Shown here: one piece after another, positions 1 through 9,194 of the stretch
How positions within the stretch are numbered: the first letter of the stretch is position 1
Layout: each line of letters opens with the position of its first letter
Notes under the pieces: generated by a model
The model's input: the letters and a program-made list of their open reading frames with translations, nothing else
The model's database searches: none
What the model was told of the DNA's origin: nothing
Program-made: the position numbers and the translations under genes
Source of the DNA: an uncultured virus (IMG/VR IMGVR_UViG_3300007231_000006)
Lineage: Duplodnaviria > Heunggongvirae > Uroviricota > Caudoviricetes
Reading direction: 5' to 3' (one strand)
IMG/VR virus record: IMGVR_UViG_3300007231_000006
Length of the DNA stretch: 20,000 nucleotides

Positions 1-1516
1 CTGGCAGAAAAGCAACTTGAGACCACGGTGCGAAGGTAGAGTATTCCCCGTCTTGGTACTTGTATCTATAAGAAAACCTAGGAAACTTTAAGTTAAACAA
101 AGTTTCTGAAACCTCAAGTCTAGCAACAAAACCTAAGTCTTCGAGATCTTGAGATTCTAAGTCTGATATACTATTCGATATAGTTCTGATTTTAAGCACA
201 AAACCCGTAGACGACAACGCGTTTGCGTCAAGGACATCAGACGCTGTAACTAAAGCCCTTATGTCGTAGTCCGAGGGCTCAAACGTGAGAGTGTCAGAGT
301 TAACAGCTGCACTGGTCTGCATTGCTAACAAAAGAACATCTCCTACTCTAAAATCTACCGCCTCGTCAAAATCCACATCAATAGTATTACCAACTTCTAA
401 GCCCCCCACGTCAAAAGAGCATGTCGTTGAAAGCTTGTTTTCAACACCTGCGTCAGTAACTCTAGAGCTAGGCCCCCTAAACATCTCTATCTCCAAGGGT
501 TGTGTTGGAGCTTTTTTAATCACAGTTATGTGGCTTTCGTTTACGTACACTGCTTTGTTTCCGCTAGCGTTAGTAACAACGCTATACCTATTAGAGTCTA
601 CGTTGTAAAAAGCTTTATCTTTGACTAACCTAGTGTGGAAGTGGTCGAAGTCCCCTTCAAACACGCTGCTTGTGTTAACAGTCGACGCGTTTGACCAACC
701 TCCGTTTCCAGCGCCGTACAAGTAATCAGTACCGCCCGTTCCAGCTATAGATCTAGGTATACTTATTTTCTTAGGCTCAGAAGAGTTGTCTGTCCAGTAT
801 ATAAATTCGTCTAAAACGTTTATGCCTGTTATAATAATGTTTTTTGAAAAATTCAAAACCCTGTCTGCGTGGAAGCTTAGCGATACCACGCCTGACGACG
901 AGGAAAAAGCGACACCATTAGGGTGTGTTAAGTAAACATCCCACTTAGGGCTTCCTAAGTTAGCGTTGTACTTTATTTCAGAAACCTTAAGTGCGTCTGC
1001 GCGAGTGTAGGTAACGCCGTTTACCGTGCCAGTCACAATCATGTCTAATCTAATGCCTGTGTCGTTGGTCGCGCTTGATGCCGCTAAACTAACAAAAGCC
1101 GATGTGCTAGACGTCGTGGCAACAGTGGTGATCGTCGATCTGTATATATCAACAAACACATACCTGTGCTTGTCTAATACAGAATCGTACTCTAATATAT
1201 AGTCTTTTCTTACAGGCCTGTGGTTAGATGAAGCGGCCTCGTCTCCAGCTGAAACGAAGTAGTATATCTTGTCTGAATCTTTAGCGGCAACTGCACCAAC
1301 ACAAGTGGCTGTGGTAGGCACGTTTATGCTGTGACCCGCTAGCATTGTGCTAGACGCGGTGTTACCGAGAAGGGTTTGGGCTGATCCAGCGTTAGAACCG
1401 TCAGACGTGGAAACCTGTATGTTTAATGCATCTCTGTAATGACCTTGAGGAATCAAACGCTCGTCGGCATCCTTGTTCATCTTAGCCTTTTGGAAATTAC
1501 GTTTTGATAGCGGCAT
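1..1516 (-). CDS. Tail stabilisation/nozzle-like protein (crAss-like 'phage stabilization protein'), truncated at left window edge
   Basis: Not in the ORF track. ATG at 1516 reads MPLSKRNFQKAKMNKDADERLIPQGHYRDALNIQVSTSDGSNAGSAQTLLGN..., later ..DRVLNFSKNNIITGINVLDEFIYWTDNSSEPKKI... The MNKDxDERL..YRDALN and WTDN..EPKKI motifs are characteristic of this family as I recall it. Position after two ring-like genes fits. Frame was checked in segments only. Confidence 0.75.
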   Translation of the reverse strand, partial: MPLSKRNFQKAKMNKDADERLIPQGHYRDALNIQVSTSDGSNAGSAQTLLGNTASSTMLAGHSINVPTTATCVGAVAAKDSDKIYYFVSAGDEAASSNHRPVRKDYILEYDSVLDKHRYVFVDIYRSTITTVATTSSTSAFVSLAASSATNDTGIRLDMIVTGTVNGVTYTRADALKVSEIKYNANLGSPKWDVYLTHPNGVAFSSSSGVVSLSFHADRVLNFSKNIIITGINVLDEFIYWTDNSSEPKKISIPRSIAGTGGTDYLYGAGNGGWSNASTVNTSSVFEGDFDHFHTRLVKDKAFYNVDSNRYSVVTNASGNKAVYVNESHITVIKKAPTQPLEIEMFRGPSSRVTDAGVENKLSTTCSFDVGGLEVGNTIDVDFDEAVDFRVGDVLLLAMQTSAAVNSDTLTFEPSDYDIRALVTASDVLDANALSSTGFVLKIRTISNSISDLESQDLEDLGFVARLEVSETLFNLKFPRFSYRYKYQDGEYSTFAPWSQVAFLP

Positions 1517-1519
1517 TCT

Positions 1520-2443
1520 TTAGTGCTTAATTATTTTTGAACTACCTCTTAATACTTGCGTAAGCTCTTCAAGTTTTATATTCGAAAGCCTTAGTTTAGC
1601 TTTTCTAGTTTCAGCAAACCTTTCTTTCTTCAAGTAAGCAAGCGTACCTGCTGGCGTGTCTTTCCTAGCAAGCAAAACACCGTACAGTATATGCTTGTAT
1701 ATAGCTTCCTCAGCTAGTTTAGGAACGTATGAAGTAGTAAGATCAATGCCTCCGTTAGAAGTAGATGATACGCCATCACTCAAGTATTTTAACACCAGTG
1801 TCTTACCGCTTAAGTTAGAGCTAAAGTGAAACTTGCCAGCTGTCTCATCTATAAAGAAAGACCCGTTAACCTGCGAGTGCTGAGGGTCTAAACCAAACCT
1901 AGCGCCTGTTAAGTTACCGTACACGTCGTCAACTTCATCATAGTCTAAAGAAGCTACGTCAGAAGGTGTTATAGTTTGGAAGTTGGCATTTGTGTCTGAT
2001 GCTTCAGATCCATCCAAGTCAGTGTTTGTGCCTTCTGTGGTCCAACCACCCCAGTCTTGAACCAACGCATGAGTATTCGTGTCAACGTTTAAAGGATTAG
2101 ACGTTTTACTAGTAGGATATATAATTCTTTCAATGCCGCTACTGTCACTCCAGCCAAGTTTTATATAGTTAACATAATCTAACGGCATCACGAGCACGAG
2201 TGTTGCTGGTACTTCAACCTCCCAATCCTTTGTCGATCTAATCGTATCGTAGCTTAGCTCTTGCAATGCTCTTAAAGCGTGGAATGTAATGTCGTTGTTT
2301 GTTACGTTCTCACACAGCTTGTCTTTGCCTACGTAAGTAGCATTAAAAGAATCTATAATCTCATTCAATGGTATATACCTATAATCCCCGTGATCTCCAC
2401 CCGTATTGTAGTACGCTAGTGGGGCTTGTTTAATTATACCCAT
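1520..2443 (-). CDS. Putative tail ring/adaptor (tail tubular-like) structural protein, 307 aa
   Basis: Clean ORF between the capsid module and the stabilisation protein. Helical N-terminus (ALRALQELSYD), LPxDYV-like motif (MPLDYVNY) and C-terminal helix (VPKLAEEAIYKHILY) resemble crAss-like ring proteins. Function inferred from synteny. Confidence 0.55.
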   Translation of the reverse strand: MGIIKQAPLAYYNTGGDHGDYRYIPLNEIIDSFNATYVGKDKLCENVTNNDITFHALRALQELSYDTIRSTKDWEVEVPATLVLVMPLDYVNYIKLGWSDSSGIERIIYPTSKTSNPLNVDTNTHALVQDWGGWTTEGTNTDLDGSEASDTNANFQTITPSDVASLDYDEVDDVYGNLTGARFGLDPQHSQVNGSFFIDETAGKFHFSSNLSGKTLVLKYLSDGVSSTSNGGIDLTTSYVPKLAEEAIYKHILYGVLLARKDTPAGTLAYLKKERFAETRKAKLRLSNIKLEELTQVLRGSSKIIKH

Positions 2444-2446
2444 TGT

Positions 2447-3202
2447 TTATGATTTTTGTGAAGTTGTTTCAGCAGCGCTGTATTGACTAACCGTCTGAGC
2501 AAGGCCTACTTTGTTCATTATAATACCGGCAAGCTCTAGTATTTTATTCGTGAGTGTATCCTCTTCAGATCTATGCAATTCAAAGTTTACGGATGTCGCG
2601 CTGTTGTAAAGTGCTTTACCGTTTACGACAACGTATCCCCATGCTACTGTTTTAGGCACTCTAAAGCATTCAACAGTGACCCCAGCGGTTTCCTCGTTAT
2701 CGTCAGAACCATCGATTCCGCCAGCGTAAACGACTATGTCTCTACCACTAACCCTGTTATCGGTATAGAACGGCGCCTGGTTGTCAGTAACTGCCATATG
2801 CCTTGTAGACTTCTTAAACCGCTGCGCCTCAAACATAGACACTTTTTGACAGGGCTCATCACCAAGTAAAACCACACCTGTTTGGAAGACATCGTAGTTA
2901 ACGCTATCAACTGCTATTATGCTTGGGAATGTGTGCCCGGCGTTGTCGACAGTTGCTTCATAAGACTGAAAAGGAGCGAGCTTTTTATCTAGCAACTCAC
3001 TTATATCTGTTTCGTCTACCTCTATAGACCTAGCGTCCTCTATTCTATTTCTTTGATTCTTATCGTAAAAGTAAGATTCAAATATTGCCATTTGGGCGTG
3101 GTTGGCCAATAAGTTGTACTCCTGCGGGGTTATATAGCCTCTCTGCTCTTTGTTAGCAAGAGCTAAAACCCTTTGATATATAGTATCTACACTTATTGCC
3201 AT
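2447..3202 (-). CDS. Putative tail ring/head-tail adaptor protein, 251 aa
   Basis: N-terminal VDTIYQRVLALANKEQRGYITPQEYN and C-terminal FELHRSEEDTLTNKILELAGI, seen in structural proteins at this position in Bacteroidota podophages; synteny. Confidence 0.55.
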   Translation of the reverse strand: MAISVDTIYQRVLALANKEQRGYITPQEYNLLANHAQMAIFESYFYDKNQRNRIEDARSIEVDETDISELLDKKLAPFQSYEATVDNAGHTFPSIIAVDSVNYDVFQTGVVLLGDEPCQKVSMFEAQRFKKSTRHMAVTDNQAPFYTDNRVSGRDIVVYAGGIDGSDDNEETAGVTVECFRVPKTVAWGYVVVNGKALYNSATSVNFELHRSEEDTLTNKILELAGIIMNKVGLAQTVSQYSAAETTSQKS

Positions 3203-3222
3203 AATTCTTTTTTTATGGTTTA

Positions 3223-3246
3223 GCGACTACCCCGAAGGGCAGTCGC
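3223..3246 (-). other. Stable RNA hairpin with cUUCGg tetraloop (possible processing/stabilising element or weak terminator)
   Basis: Minus strand reads GCGACTGCCC-TTCG-GGGTAGTCGC, a 10-bp stem with one G:U pair. No U-tract follows. Confidence 0.6.
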
Positions 3247-3263
3247 ATCACCGTATATGATTA

Positions 3264-4106
3264 TTAATTTAATCGTTTCTCTATGTTGGAGTAAATCTCC
3301 ATTCCCTCGTCAGTCTTAAACCAAGCGGCTAAAGCTGAATACGGGTGTTCGTCAAAAGGAACAGTCATTAACTTTCTGTCGTTAGTTCCCCACGAGAACG
3401 TTCTTTGATCAGAGGATAGTTTAATGATTCCCATCTCTGTAGCTTTGATACCAAAGTTCCTAAGTACCACGTTGTCGTCATTGACTAATTCTAAGAACAA
3501 ACTAGGGTTTCTCTTAGCGTATAATAGTAAATCACGCTTAAGCTCCTTAGAACTCATCTGAGATACCTTAGAACCAATCTCTACTCTCATAACAGCTTCT
3601 GCCATGTCAATGTCTAGGTTCATGGCTGCGTTTAGGGCTTCAACCTCCATTTCTAACCAATCAATCTCTTGAGCGGCTCTAACTTGAGGCTTAAGTTCTT
3701 CGTATATGTTTTTGCGATTTGGGTGATACAAAGACAAAAGCTTTTGCAATGTCACTTTATTTTTAGGCACCATCAAAACTCCATTGCGGAATATAATATG
3801 TGATAACCTTTGATCACCTTGCATTTCATCTACGAAACAAGTTCTTTGGTTTTCGCAGTACTTTAGTTCTCTTTCATAACCCTTTTCCTCATCGAAGTAG
3901 TATACTCCAGCAGATTTTATTGATCTACTTAAAGGGCTTTTGTTATATCTAAGAACGTAAGTTCTGTCTTTAATTTCCCAAGTGTCTTTCTTAGGTAATT
4001 CTTTTCTCGCGATTGGTTTAGGCTCCGGTTTTGGAGCTTCTAGTACAACCGTTTCTTCTACGTAGGGTTCTTCGACCTCTACTTTTTTTGTTTGCTTTTT
4101 AGCCAT
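3264..4106 (-). CDS. Conserved hypothetical protein immediately downstream of the major capsid gene, 280 aa
   Basis: Clean ORF with an AT-rich initiation region. Low-complexity K/E/P N-terminus followed by a globular domain (WEIKDRTY..., ELKRDLLLYAK..., PFDEHPYSALAAWF). Confidence 0.8.
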   Translation of the reverse strand: MAKKQTKKVEVEEPYVEETVVLEAPKPEPKPIARKELPKKDTWEIKDRTYVLRYNKSPLSRSIKSAGVYYFDEEKGYERELKYCENQRTCFVDEMQGDQRLSHIIFRNGVLMVPKNKVTLQKLLSLYHPNRKNIYEELKPQVRAAQEIDWLEMEVEALNAAMNLDIDMAEAVMRVEIGSKVSQMSSKELKRDLLLYAKRNPSLFLELVNDDNVVLRNFGIKATEMGIIKLSSDQRTFSWGTNDRKLMTVPFDEHPYSALAAWFKTDEGMEIYSNIEKRLN

Positions 4107-4132
4107 AATATAATATAATAAAAAATTAATAT

Positions 4133-4163
4133 AAAACTACCCCTCCCGAAGGAGAGGTAGTTT
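4133..4163 (-). terminator. Intrinsic terminator after the major capsid gene
   Basis: Minus strand AAACTACCTCTCC-TTCG-GGAGGGGTAGTTT followed by TATATTAATTTTTT, starting 17 nt after the MCP stop. Confidence 0.75.
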
Positions 4164-4180
4164 CACCAAATATACTTATC

Positions 4181-5605
4181 TTAGTTCAACAACATGAAGT
4201 TGTTAGCACCTTGAGTTACTAAACATCTCTCTGACAAGAAGTTTACAGTCATTGCGTCTAGAGTAGACGTAACAGCTCCAACTGAACCAGTGATCCAAGT
4301 CTTCATCTTGCGAGACTCAGTGTTAGATGCTCTGTAACGAACGTGTAGGAAAGGACGCTTAAGGTTCTTACCCATTTGCTCGTCATATACAGAAGAAGTA
4401 CCAGCAGGGATGATTACACCTCTGATGTCCTCACCGGCAGTAGCGTTAGCATTGATGCCTCCACGTGTAGCCAGATCGTTTAGGTACTTCCAGTCTGACT
4501 TGTAGAAATCGTAAGATCCGCGACGGAATCCAGAGAATCCTAGGTTTAAAGCCATATCCTCATCGTTCTCGAATACCCCGTAAGAAGTACCTCCAGCACC
4601 GTAAGAATTCATAGAAGCTAGCATATCGTCAAGAGCTAAAGCTGTTGCGCGATTAACAAACATCATGTTCTCTTCGATAGCACCGTTCTTATCGAACTCA
4701 GCTAGGATAGCATCAAACTCAGCTAGGTCAGTAGCAGCATTAACACCAGTAACACCAGAAGACTGGTGACCACGGTCTTTAATAGCAGCAAATAAACCTT
4801 GTGTACCAACTAGTCCGTTAGCACCACCCAAGATAGTAGAAGCGTCAGCAGCTTTCTCAGACTCAATCATACTCATCTCTAAGTAATCAGTGAATCGAGA
4901 GCGTGTCTCACCTTCAGCTTTTAGGTACCACATGTAACCGTTCTGTCCATCTTCACCTGAAACTTCAACCCAGCCAACTTGCGCAGCATCAGAACCTGAT
5001 ACTTCGTATTGATCCTTAAGGATAATTGGCTTGTTAGTGAAAGTAGTGAAAGAAGGCTTAACAGATCTAGCTCCACTGTACTCAGTTCCTTTTGAATTCT
5101 CAGAACCAAACACTAGAACACGAAGATCATTGTCTGTATCTGCGAAACCAACGTCACTTAAGTGAGCTCCACCGTAAGGTAGCGCAGTGATAGTTTGGTT
5201 ACCAGCAGCAGCTACAGTTACTAAAGCAGTAACAGTTTGACCTCCACCTGCAATTAACACCTGATCACCAACACGGATACCGTGAGTAGTAGTTTGAGCT
5301 ACACCGTCGATGTCGTGAGTAATATTAATCGTACTAGCAGAAGCGTCTAAACAGTCCGCTTTGTACGAAAGGTGTAATCTACCTTGCTCTGACCAAATAA
5401 CTTGATCAGCTGACATAGCCTCTTCAGCTCCAACTTGTCCTAGGAAACCAGCAATAGTACGCTTTCCGTATACTTCAGCCTCCTTCTCCATTAGATCTGG
5501 AAGGTATTGCTGTGCCCATCCATTTGTTTGGATGTCTAAATAATTGTCCGACGTTACTTGCTGTATTGGTGCAGCTTGAAACGACGTTCTTGCAGTAATT
5601 GCCAT
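4181..5605 (-). CDS. Major capsid protein, 474 aa
   Basis: Position after portal and acidic scaffold-like gene, followed by a strong terminator. Motifs WAQQYLPDL, WSEQGRLH, NKPIILKDQYEVSGSD, LGFSGFRRGSYDFYK and FLSERCL match crAss-related/flavobacterial phage MCPs as I recall them. Confidence 0.85.
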   Translation of the reverse strand: MAITARTSFQAAPIQQVTSDNYLDIQTNGWAQQYLPDLMEKEAEVYGKRTIAGFLGQVGAEEAMSADQVIWSEQGRLHLSYKADCLDASASTINITHDIDGVAQTTTHGIRVGDQVLIAGGGQTVTALVTVAAAGNQTITALPYGGAHLSDVGFADTDNDLRVLVFGSENSKGTEYSGARSVKPSFTTFTNKPIILKDQYEVSGSDAAQVGWVEVSGEDGQNGYMWYLKAEGETRSRFTDYLEMSMIESEKAADASTILGGANGLVGTQGLFAAIKDRGHQSSGVTGVNAATDLAEFDAILAEFDKNGAIEENMMFVNRATALALDDMLASMNSYGAGGTSYGVFENDEDMALNLGFSGFRRGSYDFYKSDWKYLNDLATRGGINANATAGEDIRGVIIPAGTSSVYDEQMGKNLKRPFLHVRYRASNTESRKMKTWITGSVGAVTSTLDAMTVNFLSERCLVTQGANNFMLLN

Positions 5606-5623
5606 TTTTTCTTAATTTTAAAT

Positions 5624-6784
5624 TTATTTTTTGTTTTTAATCTTGAACTTAAAAGAGGCGGAATCATCGCCTAGCACTCTCATTTTTATACCTCCAGTCT
5701 GGCCTTCTCCATGAGAGGATCTAGCTGTTGTGTTGATATTCTTGGCTTTAGCCACGCTGTCTTTCAACGCGTCTGTTTTGCCTTGTTCATAAAAGTGCTG
5801 AGCAACAGCATCAGCGTTCATAGCGGTATACAAGCCTTTGTGATAACCTTTAGCATCATTAATAGACTTGTCTTCGTTTAAAAACTTTTTAATGAAGTTG
5901 CCTATATCGCTCTGGTTCTCTTTAACTTGCCCCGCATCTTTAACGTTAAATCTAAATCGTTTGTCACCGACATTGTATTCAAAACCTTTGAACTCGTCGT
6001 TGAAAACCTCATTGGTCTTCTTGTCAAACCTAGTTTTATTTAACTCTGCTGTTTTGTTTGATTGCTCCGTCTCTTTACTGTATCTGTTGAAGAAATCTAT
6101 AGCCTTCTGCTGTTCTTGTGTTAGTTTGCTTCCAGCTTTGATCTCTTCGTAATATTTAGACTTTTGCCCGTCTAAATAGGTCTTAGCCTCGGCAACTTGC
6201 TCTTTCAAGGCTAATTTTTTTCTTTTTATCTGTGTCTCATCTTCTATATCTTCGTCAAACGAAAACTTGTCTTCCATAAGAAAATCAATCTCGTCGCTAG
6301 ACAGATGAGGTTTTGTGGCTTTATAGTAGTCTTGAAGTACGTCTTTAGAATCTAGCTCGTCTACGTTTTTGTTTAATCTAACGTAGTCCTCTAGATCACC
6401 ACCTGTGTCATCCATGAAATCCAGTAGCTTCTGAATCTTTTCTGGAATTACAGCGCCTGACTCTTCTGATGCCTGGATAGCCTCAACGGCTTCTTCGCCA
6501 AGCTCGTCCGCCTGCTGCTGCTCAACCTCAGTAATCTCTTCGATTAGAGATGTTTGGTTTTCGTCAACTGCTTCTGGCTGAGCTTCTTCAGCTACCACCT
6601 GTTCCTCTACAACTTCTTCCTTTACGTTGTCTGTCGGTGGTGGTGCAGATAAATCTACTTTAACAACGCTAGGGTCGTCTTTTGTTGCAAACTTACCCAG
6701 GTCAATAACGTTCTCTTCTTTCTGCTCAACTACCTTTTCTTGAACTTCTGGTTCTTCAACCTTTTCTTTCTTTTTTTTACTCAT
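5624..6784 (-). CDS. Putative capsid scaffolding/assembly protein, 386 aa
   Basis: Very acidic, E-rich disordered N-terminal third, then a helical coiled-coil region (FMDDTGGDLEDYVRLN..., AQHFYEQGKTDA). Lies between portal and MCP. Confidence 0.6.
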   Translation of the reverse strand: MSKKKKEKVEEPEVQEKVVEQKEENVIDLGKFATKDDPSVVKVDLSAPPPTDNVKEEVVEEQVVAEEAQPEAVDENQTSLIEEITEVEQQQADELGEEAVEAIQASEESGAVIPEKIQKLLDFMDDTGGDLEDYVRLNKNVDELDSKDVLQDYYKATKPHLSSDEIDFLMEDKFSFDEDIEDETQIKRKKLALKEQVAEAKTYLDGQKSKYYEEIKAGSKLTQEQQKAIDFFNRYSKETEQSNKTAELNKTRFDKKTNEVFNDEFKGFEYNVGDKRFRFNVKDAGQVKENQSDIGNFIKKFLNEDKSINDAKGYHKGLYTAMNADAVAQHFYEQGKTDALKDSVAKAKNINTTARSSHGEGQTGGIKMRVLGDDSASFKFKIKNKK

Positions 6785-6801
6785 GATAAAATATTATATA
6801 A

Positions 6802-9192
6802 TTAACTTCCTATTTGCGGGGTGAAGTCATCTAAACCGATTCCACCACCGAGTATATCATTACCTGAAGACTCAAACTTTTTAGCGGGTTTTGGTGAATT
6901 TGTTTGCTTCATTACCTCCCTTCTGTCTTTACCGTCTTCTTTAAGCTGCTCCATACCTTTCGCGTCTTGCCTTTCTTGCCCGCGAAGTTTTTGATTAAGC
7001 TCAAATTCATAAGCCATTAACTGCTTTTTTAACTCAACTTCTTTCTGTAGGTAAACAAGCTTAGCCTCTGACTTCATTTGCTCTAGGCCCATATCAGCCT
7101 GCGACTTAGCCTGGTTCTTCTGCATTTCAACTTGAGACGCCTGTTGCTGAGCTTGTGAGTTAGCCTGCGCTTGCGCTTCCATGTCTTGCTGTCTAATCTG
7201 CTGATCGCGCTCTTGCTTCTTCTTTCGCTTTATCTTTAGTAGCTGATTAGCAAGCTTAACGTTCCTAACAGTTCGTATGTCAATAGCATCGTCAAGATCT
7301 ATCAACTGTTGGGCTAGTGCTGTTTGGATGTTATTCTCTAGCATCTGCTTCTCTTCTTCGTCAGGCTCTAGTTCTATAAAGATACCAAAGTCGTAAAGGT
7401 AAAGCTCTGACATCTCCTTCAGCGTCGCTACGTTGTGAGCGCCAAGCGCCTGAACAAACGCGTCAGCTGTTGGCGAATACTCTAATATATCTGAAATCCG
7501 CAAAGACAAAGCGTTAGCCACTTCAGTCGTCAAGTACATCGATGAATCTAAGATGTGCCTAGTAGCTACGTTTGAATTAGCCGCTGCTAGCTTTTGAACC
7601 CCAACTAAAGACTTTGGATCGGGTGAACTGCCATCTCTAGCCTCGTTAAGGCCAGTTACATCTCTTATCATTTGAAGATAGTAGTTATAAGTCTGTATTA
7701 GACTTCCTATCTTGTTTTGACCAGCGCCGTTAGATATCTGCTGAATAGGTATCTTACCTGGATTAGCATCCCCATCGCCAGTGAAAGACCTACCTATAAC
7801 AGAGCCTGTTTGGAAGAACATATTAAGCGCTTCCTGCGGGTTGTAGTTTGTTCCGTTGCCTAAGTCAATTTCAGCAAGTCCATCAGCGTCAAGGTAAACC
7901 CCATCGGGTACCATGCGTGATAAAACCTGCTGTAGTTTTAAATGCGTTAATTGTATCGTGTCAGCAAAACCAGTGATTCTGCTAACTATAGATTCAATTC
8001 TTCCGTTGTACATTCTAGGCGCTACAATAGAGTAATTCATTTTTACCTTATTGAAGTCGCTCTTAGAACGCATCATGTTTTCTGCCCGCTCCCACTTTAG
8101 TAGGATGTCAGTACCTAGAATCATAACACCTTCATACACGCACTCAACTGACCGCTGTAGCTTTGAGTAACCACCTTCTTTATCTTCTGGTGGATTAAAA
8201 GTGTCAGGTTTTTCTATGGCTTTATAGCCGCCAGTAGAAGTTTCTTTAACCTTGTAAACATTGTTCATAAAGGTCTTGTAGTTAAAATACAAAACCTGAA
8301 CCTTGTTTATATCGTTGACCTCTGTCCTGTAGGTTCTATTGCCGTACCTTTTAGACGCAGAGCTTTGGATTTTCTCTAGATCGTCAAGCGTGAGATGCTC
8401 AAACTCTCTGGCAAGCTCGTTAATGGGTATAGTCTTTACTTCACCTACGTAGTATACGTCTTCGAAATAAGGTGATTCAGTTCTAGAGTAAACTATATTA
8501 GCTGGGTCAACGTAATCTATAGTAACACCTTCACTCCAGTTAAAACTAGTTTTTACACAACCAAGTCCTAGCACCGTAAGATCGTAAACAAGTCTACGTC
8601 TAATCAAGTCGTAGTCATTACCGTCTAGAAGCACGTTTATAGCTTGCTCTTCGGCAATCTCCACAGCTTGCTTATAGTTTAGCTGCATATGGAGAGAAAG
8701 CTCCTCCTCGGTCTCCGGAAGCTCCTCTGCGTTAGTCTCAGATAAATCTATATTAAATAAAGCCTTTGAGTTGTCGTTAAACTGCTTCGACTTCATGTCA
8801 CGGACTATAGCGTCCATGTACTCAGTACGCTTGCTAACTCCGTATTGATCTTGCGAATAAGCTTTTATACTGAACATACGGTCAGATAGACCGTTAGTAA
8901 CAATATCAACAAACTTAGGTATAATAGGTACAGGCTTCCAGTCTAAGTTTAAATAAGATAAATCGCCGTTTATAGAGAGCTCATCTTTATACTTCTGTAT
9001 AGACTGCTCTCCTCTAGCGTATAATCTAAGGCTGTGAAACTTATTCTTGTTATCATCAAACTTACTACCTCCAGCATCGTGAAACCACTCTTGCTCTACG
9101 GCTCTAGCAACCTTCAACCCATACTCTGGGCTCATTTTTTCTAGGTCACTTACAACCTGAGACGGGAAATTAACATATGCAACGTTAGCCAT
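6802..9192 (-). CDS. Portal protein, 796 aa
   Basis: Directly after TerL. Motifs LRLYARGEQSIQKYKDEL, LDWKPVPIIPKFVDI and IRDVTGLNEARDGS. Q-rich C-terminal coiled coil like the P22-type portal barrel. Confidence 0.85.
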   Translation of the reverse strand: MANVAYVNFPSQVVSDLEKMSPEYGLKVARAVEQEWFHDAGGSKFDDNKNKFHSLRLYARGEQSIQKYKDELSINGDLSYLNLDWKPVPIIPKFVDIVTNGLSDRMFSIKAYSQDQYGVSKRTEYMDAIVRDMKSKQFNDNSKALFNIDLSETNAEELPETEEELSLHMQLNYKQAVEIAEEQAINVLLDGNDYDLIRRRLVYDLTVLGLGCVKTSFNWSEGVTIDYVDPANIVYSRTESPYFEDVYYVGEVKTIPINELAREFEHLTLDDLEKIQSSASKRYGNRTYRTEVNDINKVQVLYFNYKTFMNNVYKVKETSTGGYKAIEKPDTFNPPEDKEGGYSKLQRSVECVYEGVMILGTDILLKWERAENMMRSKSDFNKVKMNYSIVAPRMYNGRIESIVSRITGFADTIQLTHLKLQQVLSRMVPDGVYLDADGLAEIDLGNGTNYNPQEALNMFFQTGSVIGRSFTGDGDANPGKIPIQQISNGAGQNKIGSLIQTYNYYLQMIRDVTGLNEARDGSSPDPKSLVGVQKLAAANSNVATRHILDSSMYLTTEVANALSLRISDILEYSPTADAFVQALGAHNVATLKEMSELYLYDFGIFIELEPDEEEKQMLENNIQTALAQQLIDLDDAIDIRTVRNVKLANQLLKIKRKKKQERDQQIRQQDMEAQAQANSQAQQQASQVEMQKNQAKSQADMGLEQMKSEAKLVYLQKEVELKKQLMAYEFELNQKLRGQERQDAKGMEQLKEDGKDRREVMKQTNSPKPAKKFESSGNDILGGGIGLDDFTPQIGS

Positions 9193-9194
9193 GT

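Noticed and set aside
4921..5109. 62-aa minus-strand ORF inside the MCP gene
   Set aside because: Alternative frame within a conserved gene; no initiation context or recognisable motif.
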